Assembly: GCA_965112155.1 (NCBI GenBank)
Contig: OZ218098.1
From: Podarcis liolepis
Taxonomy: Eukaryota
DNA length: 64,000 bases
Reading direction: 5' to 3' (one strand)
Position 1 is the stretch's first letter. Each line of letters begins with the position of its first letter. Both the position numbers and the translations under genes were made by a program. Below the pieces are notes generated by a model. The model was not told the origin of the DNA and ran no database searches. It saw nothing but the letters and a program-made list of their open reading frames with translations. Below are positions 1 through 12,005 of the stretch, piece after piece.

Positions 1-67
1 CTTTTTTTTGGAACACCATTTGCCATTTGGTATAGGAGCAGGAACGTTGTTTGAGGAAAAACAAGTG

Positions 68-292
68 ACTGCAAACCCATAAATGTCTACTCAGAAACAA
101 GTCTCATTGAATTCACTAGTGCTTAGGCCCTCCACAAATAGCCGCAATCCTATACTAGGTAAGCCCATTGAGTAAGTGGGACTTACTTCTGAATAAACAT
201 GCCTAGAATTGCATTACAAGGCCGCATTTCTGTATGCACCTACCATTGGATTCAGGAAATTACACATGGGTAAACATGCCTAGGATTGCAGT
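68..292. repeat. Three tandem degenerate copies of a ~70-90 bp palindromic squamate repeat (GCAATCC...AAGYCCCATTGA..TGGGACTT...GGATTGC) in the last ELP4 intron
   Basis: Copies at ~68-128, 141-213 and 220-292 share fold-back motifs, e.g. gcaatcctata...taagcccattgagtaagtgggactta...cctagaattgca. Confidence 0.55.
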
Positions 293-618
293 GTAAATAC
301 CCCTTTTGGGACTTTGGGTCTTGGCCTTTGATTTCCATTCTGAATGTCCTGATGAAGAAAGCTGAATTTGATTTGAAAAATTCCAGTATCTTATAGATCA
401 ATATATGAAATAAAAGAATCTGACAATCTGGTTTTTGAAAACTGTTCTAATATGTATTTGTTATGCTGTAATAGGTATTCACTGGCAGAGAATAGTACTA
501 TGTTTTTAAATGTGTAATATCGAAAGCAAATCTAATTACAACTATGTTCTCTCTCATCTCTCTCTCTTCTCTGTCTCTCTCTCCCCCCCCCCCCACTCCC
601 TGAAATCTCCTGCCATAG

Positions 619-750
619 CAATTGCATTTGCCTCCAGACTTGTCAGACACAGTGAGCCGCACAAGCAAACAGGATCTGGCAGAATCTGCCAAACTGCTGA
701 GCTCAGGATGTACTGCTATGGCCATAGGCAAGAAGCACCTGGACTTCTAG
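619..750 (+). CDS. ELP4: ELP4 (Elongator complex protein 4), last coding exon, C-terminal 43 aa
   Basis: A long pyrimidine tract and ccatag acceptor precede [46 protein letters not shown]. This matches the vertebrate ELP4 C-terminus ([13 protein letters not shown]...KKHLDF). ELP4 is the known convergent neighbour of PAX6. Confidence 0.95.
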   Translation, partial: QLHLPPDLSDTVSRTSKQDLAESAKLLSSGCTAMAIGKKHLDF

Positions 751-855
751 TGATTTCTACTTAGCAGTTTCACTCCGATTTATATGACACTCTAATTATG
801 ACTGTTAATGACTTATGTAAATATTTTTCTTAATGATTGTGACCCAGTAGTCATG

Positions 856-907
<52 letters not shown>

Positions 908-1200
908 CAAGCTGTGTGCCTTATTTTGCCATTTTTAAAAAAAATTATTTGCAAATGTTGTATTGGATGTTTCTACAGTTAACAAACACATCCTGTATTT
1001 TGATGCCATTTTAAAGACGTAAAATATGTTGCCATTTTGAAGCTGCAGAATTTTCTGTTGCCATCAACTTTACTGTTATTACTAAAGTTCAGATAATGAA
1101 TGAGAAATGAAAGAATTACACTTTGCATGTTTAACACAACTATTGTATGCTGTATATCAATATTATGCATATTAAATAAAATCATAGATTTTTAAAAGTG
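751..1200 (+). other. ELP4: ELP4 3'UTR (minimum extent); candidate AATAAA at 1175-1180, others at 1387-1392 and 2364-2369
   Basis: AT-rich sequence after the stop with plus-strand AATAAA hexamers. The real 3' end cannot be fixed from sequence. Confidence 0.5.
858..905. repeat. (AT)n microsatellite
   Basis: About 24 perfect AT units. Confidence 0.95.
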
Positions 1201-2089
1201 GGTTATTTTAATATCAGACAATCATTTCCCTAGAAAAACATCGTTAAAAATGACACCTTATTTAGTCCCATATATACTATAAGCATTAAATTTCTGTGTA
1301 TTTTCCACCTATTCTGTTATCAGTAATATGATAAAATATTTTTCATGGTAAAATACATGATAGATAATTACTTTGCCTTATGGGCTAATAAATATATTAA
1401 ATTGCTTGAGTGAAACTTACTAAACATATACAAAGAATTGCTTTTCAATATAGTTCAAAACAGTAATCCTAAACAACTGAAGTCAGCAATATGAAATTAT
1501 GTCAGCAGACATTATTCAAGATTGAAATTCAAACTGACAGCTACATTAATGCTAGAAAACCAGGGGAGTGCATTGGAGCTTAGGGAAGACATATCATAGA
1601 AAGAAGTCTACAGAGCAGCAGAAAATAAAACCAATTCAGGGTTCCATACTATTCTGTATATACTATTTGTAAACATATGAATTTTTCCCTAGGTAAAATG
1701 TATAAATATTTATCAGCAGCAAGATTTGCATATTTGTATTAGAACTAATGTACAAACTATGTGAATAGGTGGCTATCTGGAAATGGTTTTCAAGTGGGAC
1801 CTGAAAATTACTTTCTGTATAGTTCTATTTTGAATTAGCCTTGATAGAACTTTCCACTAAGTTCATTTTGGATTAAAACTTAGGTCTTTAAACTCATTTT
1901 ATAGAATTGGGCTGAATTATGCTCCCCACAAAACCTTAAATGCTTACTGTAATAATGCTAATGTATTTTGATGGGATTGGAACTAAAGTGTTGGTTAAAT
2001 GATTTACTTTTTATAACGCTGTGAGTAAAATGGAGACATAGCTTTTAAAACTGTCTAATGTGATGAATGTCAATCATTTAAAAAAATCC

Positions 2090-2215
2090 ACTGTACCATA
2101 AACACACACTGTATACAGCTTTTATTCTGAATTAGAATAATTGAATCAATGACAGTGATTTGCCAGGATGTCAAATCTATCCATCATATCCTGTCACTAC
2201 CAGTTTATTTTTCTG
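2090..2215 (-). terminator. PAX6: Candidate distal PAX6 polyadenylation element
   Basis: Minus strand reads ...GACATCCTGGCAAATCACTGTCATTGATTCAATTATTCTAATTCAG-AATAAA(2126-2121)-AGCTGTATACA-GTGTGTGTTT: a hexamer followed by a GU-rich element. It resembles, from memory, the end of the long mammalian PAX6 3'UTR. Confidence 0.55.
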
Positions 2216-3064
2216 ATCAAAATCAAAAAGACTACTGTTTTGTCACCCGCTATTTCATTAGAGGTAACAATTGAGTTTTTTCTTTCTTTTTCAAAGATAT
2301 GTCTGTTTTATTTTTTATTTTTACTATTTCTAAAGACGCAAATCCTGTTTAAAATCTATTCAAAATAAAGTTTCAGAACTGAGCTGTCAGTTTCATAAAG
2401 CCAATAGACATCTACATTCTTATACCCATATATCGCTACAGCTTTCAAATCATTTCTCCTCTCTCCTTATATATAATATGAAGCAAAACTTCTCAACACA
2501 ATTTGAATGGGGACCTATGCAGATATTCAATAGATCAAGTATAAAAGGATTAACACTTTAGTTACTCAGTTATATTTTTCATGTAAATAAGCTAGGGAAT
2601 CTTATATACTATTCCTCTATAAATTCTAAAACCTTTAGGCATTATTAAATTTGCTTTTTTACAAGATATTATTATTAATAATTGTAAATGTCCTTAATGG
2701 GGCCTAAATTAGTAGACAATCTTCCAAATATCATTAAAATATATGACTCTGTGGGTGAGTGCAAACTTAAATTTAACATGCATAAATATAAAGTACACTC
2801 ATCAGAACAGGCATTTGAAATAATAAGATCGAGTTGGCATAGAAACCCAAAGAATATATTTTCAACAGCAGAAAGGAAAGGGGGGATTATTCAGTGAAAT
2901 CTATATTAAATGTTGTTGTTTTTTGTTTCACATGCTCTGTGAAATAAGTGCTGCACCACACATACCCAGTGTTCTACACCTAAGGTGAAATACCTATTCT
3001 TTTACTTCTAGAATATTGTTTAACCAGCAGTAATTTGGTTTAGCAGTCATTTTCCTTATCAAGG

Positions 3065-3444
3065 TGAAGGTAAAGGACCCCTGACAGTTAAGTCCAGTCA
3101 CAGACAACTCGGAGGTTGAGGCGCTCATTTCGCTTTACAGGCTGAGGGAGCCAGCGTTTGTCTGCAGACAGTTTTTCCGGGTCATGTGGCCAGCATGACC
3201 AAGCCACTTCTGGCGCAATGGAACACTGAAACCAGAGCAGCGCATGGAAACGCCGTTTACCTTCCTGCCAGAGTGGTACCTGTTTATGTACTTGCACTTT
3301 TGGCGTGCTTTCGAACTGCTAGGTTGGCAGGAGCTGGGACCGAGCAATGGGAGTTCATCCCATCGCGGGGATTCAAACCGCCGATCTTCTGATCGGCAAG
3401 CCCAAGAGGCTCAATGGTTTAGATCACAGCGCCACCCGTGTCCC
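3065..3444 (-). mobile_element. Full-length Sauria SINE (Squam1-type)
   Basis: Minus strand has a tRNA-like head (GGGACACGGGTGGCGCTGTG...GGTTTGAATCCCCG), typical core (gtcatgtggccagcatgac) and (ACCTTT)-type tail. 9-bp TSD ttatcaagg at 3056-3064 and 3446-3454. Confidence 0.9.
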
Positions 3445-4076
3445 TTTATCAAGGAAAACTGAATAGTAAAATGGTTACACCCTATTTGATAACTAAACAA
3501 ATGTTCTGTAGGATACATTAAAGTAACAGGACTGTTTCTTCAGATTAAGTGACATAGCTCAAGCTTGGCATGAAGTTTCCTCATTCCATTATGACCATTT
3601 CCTAACTGATATGCAACCTTCAATGGTCTAAAGACCTACATTTTGCCTATTTAATGTAAAGCTTTCCAGGTATCCATAGACCAAAGGCATAATCCACCCA
3701 TACAGGTATGCAGCTGTTTATGTGCTGAAAGGTCAGCATTGGGTTGACCAGGGCCTTGTTTTCCTCATTTCCCTTCCCCTTGTAGAATATAGTCTTGCAT
3801 AGGCAAGAGAGATAGCTGGATTGGCTTCCCATTCCTGGCAAGTGCCTATGTGCCTGTGCATACAAAAGGAGGAGAAACAGGGCTCTTACGTCAGCCCCAC
3901 TGCAAGTGGATGGGCCTGATCTTCACATGCATAAGGGTGGTAAAATGGACTGCTCTACTTCAGACTGCGGGGGGTGGGGTGACATTTTCAGTGTTCGCTT
4001 GCTGCTGCTGTTTATTTCTACCCTGCCTTTTATGGAAAAACCAAGGCATATTAGAATTGAAACATTAAAAGCAATA

Positions 4077-4326
4077 CAGTTGTGCCTTGGATTCCGAATG
4101 CCTTGCAAGTCGAACGTTTTGGCTCCCAAACACTGCAAACCCAGAAGTGTGTGTTCCAGTTTGTGAACGTTCTTTGGAACCCGTATGGCCGATGCCGCTT
4201 ATGCGGCTTCTGATTGGCTGCAGGAGCTTCCTGCAGCCAATCGGAAGCCACACCTTGGTTTCCAAACGTTTTGGAAGTCAAATGGACTTCCAGAACGGAT
4301 TCCGTTTGACTTCCGAGATACCACTG
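4077..4326. mobile_element. Non-autonomous Tc1/mariner-pogo-type MITE (older subfamily)
   Basis: TA on both sides, degenerate CAGTGGTACCTCGG-type TIRs (CAGTTGTGCCTTGG / CCGAGATACCACTG) and an internal 21-bp palindrome at 4205-4249. Confidence 0.75.
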
Positions 4327-6303
4327 TACAAGTTTGGGGGACAAATCATCCTAGCAAAGGTCTGGAATCATGCACCTGGAGCATAGATAGACACACACAC
4401 AACCTTAACATGCACTTAGCACAGAAACACATCTGATGCATAGACACTGACAGGCATGCACATACTTACACACAGGTTAATGAAATGGCAAAGTCCTCCG
4501 CTCAAAATGGTTTGTGTTTTTGTTCCTGACACCCACACACCAAGAAACAAGCATTCAGAGTATTCACCCGTTTTCCAATTGTCATTTAAATCCACCCATG
4601 GAAATGGGAAAATAGGAACAAAAGTACTGCCTGTAAAAAGCATTCTGTCTACCTTCCCTAGCTTGCCCATGCTTGAATTGTTTAATTCTGATTTATTATA
4701 AAAGCATTTCTATAAAAGCATAATATTTAAAATCTCTAAGCAGCATACTAAAACACAAACATAAAAACATTAAAATGGTATCATAAAGCACAGATAAATA
4801 TATATATATTATAATGATAGGGTCTTGTGTGTCAGGGAAGGCCTTGACAAGAAAATAAATTTTAACAAATAGCTGAAGTGAATTACCGGTATGTTTCATG
4901 TATGGCAGAGGGAAAGGCATTCCAGAGTGCAGGGGCAATTGTGGAAAATACCCATTTTCAAGTGGTATTCTGTAGGTCATAGTACCATGAGTAAAATCTT
5001 CCCAGGTGATGTAAGTCATCTTTAGAAGTCTATACAGGCCTCATCTACAAACTGATTCTATACAGTCAGGTTAGATATTGCATCAAGCACCTCACCAGGC
5101 TATATGGGGTGACCAACTAGGACTCACAACAGATATGAGGAACCTGGCTTGCAGAGTCAGGAGAAGAATGAGTGAAGAGCTTCAAAATGCAGCTTTAAAC
5201 AGCATCTCTTCCTGCTGACAATTGCTGCTTCCTGGCATCCCCAATTACTGCCAAGAGAAGGGGGCGTGAACATGAGGTCAGCAGAGTGCTTCCAGAATTG
5301 AACAAGTAGTTCTGATCACTAAATGTAAGCTCCAACTCCTAGGGGGCCAGGTCCCTTTGGCCCTCGCAGTAAAACATTTGAAGGGATCGGGGCCCCAGAG
5401 ATTATAGGCATTGTTACCTTTCTTCTCCATGCTTGGACTTCGTTTCCCAACAAGCGAATTTGGCAAGAGAGCTGGGATTGGGCAAAAACCTCTGACATCG
5501 TTTCTTATGGCCCTAATGATTGGAGCAGGGAGACAGAGAAAGAGAGAGAATGCAAACTGCTTGCTCCGTGGGGCAGGTTCACAGAGCTCTGGTAGGATAA
5601 GAGAGGAAGCGGCTCCCGGTTACTTATCATTAAAAAAAATTAAACTAGGAGGGCCTGATTCAGATAACTTGGAAGTTAAAGCTCTCAACCTACTGTTGTT
5701 GTTACTGTTGTTGTTAATCCACCCTTTACCCCAAGGTCCCAGGATGGGTTACAACAATTAAAACACAGTATTTAAAAGCAATTTAAAACTTGCTGTCACA
5801 GAAGTAAGGTGGGTCCTAAAAATATGACTAAGCAGGCGAATGCATAATTTTGCAGCCAGCCCTCATTGATTTGGGGCAGGGAACGCAACCAGATACCTAA
5901 AAACTTGGTATTGGGGAGAGCTGGATTCAAGCCCCTTTTTAGCTTTAAGAATTCATAGTAGCCCTGGACCAGTTGCTGTTTCTGAGACCAGTCAGCCTCA
6001 AAGAGCTGTTGGGGGATAAAAAGTAAGGGTGGGAATAAACCGTTTCACGAGCACAAGGTACCTCCATTGTTGACAGCTGCTCACAACAACTTGCCATAAT
6101 TTAAGCTGTGTTTCTAACAGTCATAGCAGTTTGTTTCTCTCTTCCACCCTGCATACCATCCTTCCTGCCATGCTTTCCTGCCAACTTTTCCACAGACTAC
6201 AAAGCCACTGTTGTCCATATCTTTATATAGCGGGCTATATTCCAGCCAAATAAAGCACAAGCTGGTTACTGGGAGGTGGTGGTAGTGGGGAAGCTGTGGC
6301 CCT

Positions 6304-6455
6304 TTAGATCTTAGAATCTTAGAGTTGTAGAAGGGACCACAAGGGTCATCTGGTTCTACCCCCTTGCACTGCAGGAATAATTCACCCAAAGTGGTGCTGG
6401 AACCCAGAACCCTGAGATTAAGAGTCTCATGCTCCACCAACTGAGCTGTGTTGCA
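6304..6455 (-). mobile_element. tRNA-Lys(CTT)-derived SINE with CR1-type 3' tail
   Basis: Minus strand AGCTCAGTTGGTGGAGCATGAGACTCTTAATCTCAGGGTTCTGGGTTCC (A box, CTT anticodon arm, degenerate B box) is joined to GATGACCCTTGTGGTCCCTTCTACAACTCTAAGATTCTAAG, a CR1 LINE 3' end. Confidence 0.8.
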
Positions 6456-7956
6456 GCTTCAGCTCCCATCAGCCCGACGCCAAAGGTCAATGACGATGGC
6501 AGTTGTAGTCCAGTGACAGCTAGAGGCTCACAGGTTCCCCATCAACACTTTGCATGGATGTGCACTCATACTCACTTCCTCCAGGCAAGCAAAATAAGTT
6601 ATCACAGTGCAAGGAAACATTCCGGCCAAGCAAAAGGACTCATGGAGGGTGTAGAGCAGGCCCTTCAGGAGGTGTTGCCTGGAGAAGATGCAGAGCTTGC
6701 AAAGAATCCTGAGAGACTTGGCCACATTTGGCCTGAGGTTCCAGAGCAACTTTACAGATCAATGAAAAACAATCTAAAATAGATGACATATAAGGAAAGG
6801 AGAATGGGGAGGGAGGAGGAAAGGAACAAGCTCGGGTACTAGTTCTTCCTATAATGACCACTTGGGATGGAAACAGTGCAGGGAGCTTGATGGAATGAGT
6901 GCTGCTAGATGACAGTTGCAGAAGAGCCAAAGGCAGCTCTGAGCAGCAATGATAGAATAACCCAGCTTCCTTTCTCTCTCTGCTCTGCAGTCTGGGGGAA
7001 TCTTGGTGTTTGCTCAGTACCATGTATGTCTATTTCCAGCATGGCCTACTTTTAAAATGTTGCATTCTAAGCCCTGATGTTTCGCCCCTAGTTTCATTTA
7101 AAGCCACACTGTCTTCAAACAGCATTATTATACAAGCATCTTTTGCTCATTGTTTTTCTGCATTCTGACTGTGAATGCAAGAAAAATGTATTGGGGGCAC
7201 AGCTTCCAGCCAGATCCTCCTAGGCACTGTGCGAGAGCATGTAATCACCTGCACGTTTGGTGCACAGTGGCGGCAGTACAGATAGGATTCATGTAGGGCT
7301 TACTCCTTAGCCTTTTCTTCTCCCAAAGATATCCTGAAAGGCTTAAGATTGGGGTTTTGCTTCTCCTGGATGGGCCCCATCTGCCCTTCGGCATGTGGGG
7401 AAGTTTGTGCACATTTCTTACAGTGCCTCTGTATTTAGCAGTCTGCTCCTTCTAGTCCTCCTGTATATGAAATACAATTCTACCAGTCCGGAGACGCTGG
7501 ACTGTCCAGCCTTGTACTGTACTGTGCACAGAGATATCCAATGTTTGGGGATGTTCCATATCTGCAGCCTCATAGACTAGATGTTGCCAGCTTCCATGAA
7601 CTCAATGACCACTATTCTCTAGGCAGGGAACCAAGAGTGGTCAGTTCAAGTATAACACAGAGGCACCATAAAAAAATGACAGCATTCAGAGAAAATGATG
7701 GTGGTTGTGGTAATGATGATGGCACCATCTACAAGAGCTTTGCAATTATGGAGTAATTAGGTTATAATTACATACAAATATGTACATTTGTATATTGCAA
7801 ACAGAATGCTAAGGACAGGCTTAACGTTAAAGAGAGACTTATTAACAACAAAAACAAAAAACTATTTAGTATAGACACTAGGGAACAAATAAAATCGTTT
7901 TGTAGGTAATATCAATTTCAGGGGAACCCCACCACCACCACTGGCCATTCCCATGT

Positions 7957-8175
7957 GTGGGTGTAGTGACTGGAGTGTTAGCTTTGAACCTGGGACAGAC
8001 CAGGGTTCAAATCCCAACTCTCCCATGAAGCTCACCGAAGAAGGACCATGGGCCAGTCACTGTCAGCCTAACATACTTCATAAAGTTGCTGTGAGGATAA
8101 AACGGGGACAAGACCTACAGTATGTACTCCACCTTGAGCTCCTTCAGGAAAGGAGGGATGTGCATGTAATAAATA
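7957..8175 (+). mobile_element. CORE/MIR-like tRNA-derived SINE
   Basis: gtgtagtg...gagtgttag...cagggttcaaatcccaactc head, CORE-like gttgctgtgaggataaaa and an aataaata tail. Confidence 0.65.
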
Positions 8176-8565
8176 GAAACACATAGAGTAGCTCCTTGAT
8201 TTTGCCACTAACCTTTGCAGAGGTTTGGACTGCAGCCTCATTTTCATACGTCTTAGGCTATTTTGGAGCAATGATGCAACAAAAGATGATGTGAGTGGAT
8301 ATATTTCAGTTGGGACCTCCTGGGTCCAATTCCTCCCCTTTCTAACAAAAATGGGGGCAGGAATCACAGGGCAATATTATATACTTGATGCCCCACTCGA
8401 TGGGGCTTACTGCCTGAAAAGTGTTTATAGAATTGCAGCCTAAATCCCTGATGAGGATTGCTCCATTTCACATTTCACATTTCTGCATTTTGTATTCTGT
8501 TATATGCTTAAATGTGTTTGAAATAGTATTAAGAAAATGAATAAACCCTCCCAGACTAGGGGAGT

Positions 8566-8605
8566 GGAGGAGGAGGAGGAGGAGGAGGAGGAGGAGGAAG
8601 AGGAG
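8566..8605. repeat. (GAG)n microsatellite
   Basis: About 13 units; source of the spurious poly-E ORF. Confidence 0.9.
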
Positions 8606-8814
8606 AGAGCTAGCATATGTTACAAGAGGCTTGAGCTTCTTCAACATATCAATTTGAAAACTCCTAAATGTATTATAGATTGGGGTTTTTATTTTTATTT
8701 TTTCAAAATCACTCTATAGGTATTATTAAGCTGCTTTGGCTTTTTTTCAGACTGGTAGAGTGTTACATAAGTAACCTGCAATAGTTTTAAATATGGAATA
8801 TTTAAACAAGCTAA

Positions 8815-8920
8815 ACTATGGAATTAGCTCCCACAAGATGCAGTGGTGGGTACTAATTTGGATGGCTTTAAAATATGATTAGATAAATTCCAGGATCATT
8901 AAGCTATCAATGACTAGCCA
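8815..8920 (+). mobile_element. CR1 LINE 3' fragment
   Basis: tggaattagctcccacaagatgcagtg...ttggatggctttaaaa...ttagataaattc resembles the end of CR1 ORF2. Confidence 0.5.
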
Positions 8921-9125
8921 TACAAGAATCTTAAACCTGACGCAATAGCATACGCTCAGTCAATGCAAGCTTTTGCACGCTGCAGTTGTGCTCTGGTGTC
9001 AGTCTGCCCTATCAATAGTCTGGCCACAGTGTTTTGCACCAGCTGGAGCCTCCAGATGAGACCCAAGGGCAGCCCCTCATGGAATGCATTGCAATAATCT
9101 AATCTTAAGGGTACCAATGCATGGA

Positions 9126-9700
9126 TGTCAGGCACTGGCTGGACGAGGAATGATGGGAGACGTCAAGCCAAGGAACCCCCCCAAGGGAAAACACAGAAGG
9201 GGAAAGCTCAGAGCCCGGGAATTGGTGGTGGGACACCAAGGAGAGGATGGGGGGAAGATTGGGAGATGGTGCTGGATACTGACGGGACAACAGGTTTTGG
9301 TGAGCAGGAAGAACCTATGACAAGGAGCAGTTCAGACGCTAAGGCTGAAGCGGGGGTGGTAGTCAATAGACGGCTGAAAAATCCCAGGAGTCTGCCTCTC
9401 CTGCTGTGACGAGCTCCCCTCCTCCCTGGTCTCCAAAAACACACAGGATAATGAGGAGAGCAGAACAGAGGGGGAGATGAGCAGGTGTGGTTTGAGACTG
9501 CTTGGGAAACATCCAGGAGAGGAGTAGCCTTAGAAGGAGTGGGTGGCAGGGACCTTCAGTCCTGGCAACTGTGCTATAGGGGCAAGACCTACTGGGAAGT
9601 GTTGCTGCGTTGTATGCCATTTCCTTGACTAAAGGGTTAACTTCACTCACAACTGACTCTGCTTATTCTTGCTGACCTGTGTCTGACTCCTGCTCTGACA
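9126..9700. mobile_element. Probable solo LTR inserted into the L2 remnant
   Basis: 575-bp block bounded by TGTCAG...CTGACA. L2-like sequence (gcatgga|...|tcaccatggccagg) resumes 5 bp after it, but the TSD is degenerate (atgga vs gcaaa). Confidence 0.5.
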
Positions 9701-9912
9701 GCAAATCACCATGGCCAGGCTACCAATGTCCAAGGCTGGCTGTAGTTAGCACACCAGCTGTAGCTAGTAAAAGGCATTCCTAGCCATTACGGCTTCCTGA
9801 GTCTCCAGCAACAAGGTGCCACCCCCCCCCCCAATATAACAAATCTGATCTCAATCCAGAACAGGCAATTTGCCAATTTCCCAGACATGGGGAACGCCCC
9901 CCATCCACAGTA

Positions 9913-10130
9913 CAGTGGTACCTCGGGTTAAGTACTTAATTCATTCCAGAGGTCCGTTCTTAACCTGAAACTGTTCTTAACCTGAGGTACCACTTTAGCT
10001 AATGGGGCCTCCTGCTGCTGCCACCGTGCAAATTCTGTTCTCATCTTGAAGCAAAGTTCTTAAGCTGAGGTACTATTTCTGGGTTAGCAGAGTCTGTAAC
10101 CTGAAGCGTCTGTAACCCGAGGTACCACTG
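9913..10130. mobile_element. Tc1/mariner-pogo-type MITE, copy 1 (218 bp)
   Basis: Perfect 18-bp TIR CAGTGGTACCTCGGGTTA / TAACCCGAGGTACCACTG with TA TSD. Confidence 0.9.
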
Positions 10131-10849
10131 TATCTTTATGTTCAAACTCAGTTATGGCCCTCATCCACTCCACCACTGAACCTAGACAATGATCCAGATC
10201 TTGCACAGCTTCTCCTGATTCAGTTGTTATGGAGAATTAGAGCTGTGCGTCACTAGCATACTGATGACACTTTGCCCCCAAAGTCCTAATGAACACTCCC
10301 AACAGCTTCACAAAGATTGGGGGGGGGGGGACCATGCCCTGTGTCACACACACCATTGTGTGAAGACCATGTGGCTGTAGCACAATCTTCCTGTGCTGTA
10401 CTCTGGGCACAACCCTGTGGGCTGAAGCAAACTGTGCCCCCAATATCCATCCCAAAGAGCAAGTCAAGGAGAACACCATAGTGATAAGTATCGAAATCTA
10501 AGTGACTGAGGAACATAAGCAGAACTGCAGTATCTCTGTACCACTCTTGGTACTAGTCATCCACCAGGGCAGACAAGGCTGGTTCCTCCCCAACACCACA
10601 CCTGAGCCCAGATTGCAATGGATCCAGATAATCCATTTCCTGCAGAAACTCCTGCCAACATTCTCTTCGTCAACTTGTCCAAGAAGTGGATATCGTTGCA
10701 AGGGTCCTGTCCACATCATCCGGCTATATAAAGTGAAACCAGCCCTATAGAGTATGCCTTGGACACTGGTGTCCTTGACCTTGACCAACAACTATGGCAT
10801 CCAATGCACAACAGAGCTGAGTGCCATTCAAATTGCTCACTGAGAATTG

Positions 10850-11010
10850 CCGCTGAATACCAGTTGCTGGGAATCACAGGAGAGGAAGTTGTTGCGCTTA
10901 TGTCCAGCTTGCAGGTTTCCTATAGGCAGCTGGTTGACCAGTCTGAGAACAGAATGGTAAACTCAGTAGGCCTTTGGTTTGATCCAACATGATTTGTCTT
11001 ATGTTCTTGT
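10850..11010 (+). mobile_element. CR1 LINE 3' end fragment
   Basis: ctgaataccagttgctgggaa...ggcagctggttgacc...gagaacagaatg...ggcctttggtttgatcc...cttatgttctt is a typical squamate CR1 3'UTR/tail. Confidence 0.6.
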
Positions 11011-11763
11011 GCTCTTAATACCATGTTGCAACTTCCCTAAAGAAGAGTGCTGCAATTTTAGGGCTCCAGTCAGCCTGGAACAAGAGCCTTGTAGTCCTGT
11101 TCAGGCTTCTGAGGTAGGGCAGAGGGCAGTTTCAGCAGTAAAGAAAGGACTTAGGCCTCTGTTTTCTCTTCCTATCTCTGGAGGCCTTCTCTTGCTGTCC
11201 TATATAACACTGGAGTAGTGCCAGTCCCAAACCTGAGCATTTTATTTATATATTACAAGTGGAGACTTAGTTCTAGAAACTAAACCATCCCTGCATAGTT
11301 CACAGGAGGATTTTTTAAATTTCACAGCATGCAACCCTAATCCCTTCCCCCATAATACCATAAGCTGTCAGGGGCTTGAGGAGGCCCATTACCTCCTTCC
11401 CCCTGTCCTCCATGTTGCTGTGGGGGCTGGGAGTGCAGCACATTATTTTCCAGTGACATTCCATGTCTCAACTGCTCTTACACAAAATACATTTGATAAC
11501 CTTTCCCCAACTCCATGCACACTCCGTTTAAGGCAGATTCCGCTGACCAGAAAATTAAGCAAAGGTTTAGAGTGGAGGGATTGCAAGTTCAAAACAGCAG
11601 AGAATAACATGAGCCAAATTCAAGAGTTTGCAAAGAGTCCTGTTAAGGGTTTTGCTCTTTAAAAACCACTGAACAAAATTGTCTTGCAAGTTCATTAGCT
11701 ATACCTAAGGGTTTGCAAAACCACCACCATTTAAAAAAAGAAAAAAGGGCCCTGAAGCTTGTA

Positions 11764-12005
11764 CAGTGGTACCTCAGGTCACATACGCTTCAGGTTACAT
11801 ACGCTTCAGGTTACAGACTCCGCTAACCCAGAAATAGTGCTTCAGGTTAAGAACTTTGCTTCAGGATGAGAACAGAAATTGTGCTCCAGCAACGCGGCGA
11901 CAGCAGGAGGCCCCATTAGCTAAAGTGGTGCTTTAGGTTAAGAACAGTTTCAGGTTAAGAACGGACCTCCAGAATGAATTAAGTACTTAACCTGAGGTAC
12001 CACTG
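11764..12005. mobile_element. Tc1/mariner-pogo-type MITE, copy 2 (242 bp), inverted relative to copy 1
   Basis: TA-CAGTGGTACCTCAGGT ... ACCTGAGGTACCACTG-TA. The body is the reverse complement of 9913-10130, with an extra 16-bp unit (acatacgcttcaggtt). Confidence 0.9.

Larger units (their letters stand above)
8990..10800 (-). mobile_element. Degenerate L2-clade LINE reverse-transcriptase remnant, interrupted by younger insertions
   Basis: Minus-strand fragments LDFDTYHYGVLLDLLFGMDIGGTV, VTQG...VKLLGVFIRTLGAKCHQYASDAQL match L2 RT motifs (AFDTIDH, GVPQG, CHQYADDTQL), with frameshifts and a broken YADD. Confidence 0.8.

Noticed and set aside
68-292. CRISPR-like or prokaryotic repeat array
   Set aside because: Vertebrate intron; the repeats are degenerate hairpins without regular spacers and there are no cas genes.
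6375-6455. tRNA-Lys(CTT)-like sequence on the minus strand
   Set aside because: The acceptor stem and T-loop are degenerate and it is fused to a CR1 tail, so it is a SINE head, not a tRNA gene.
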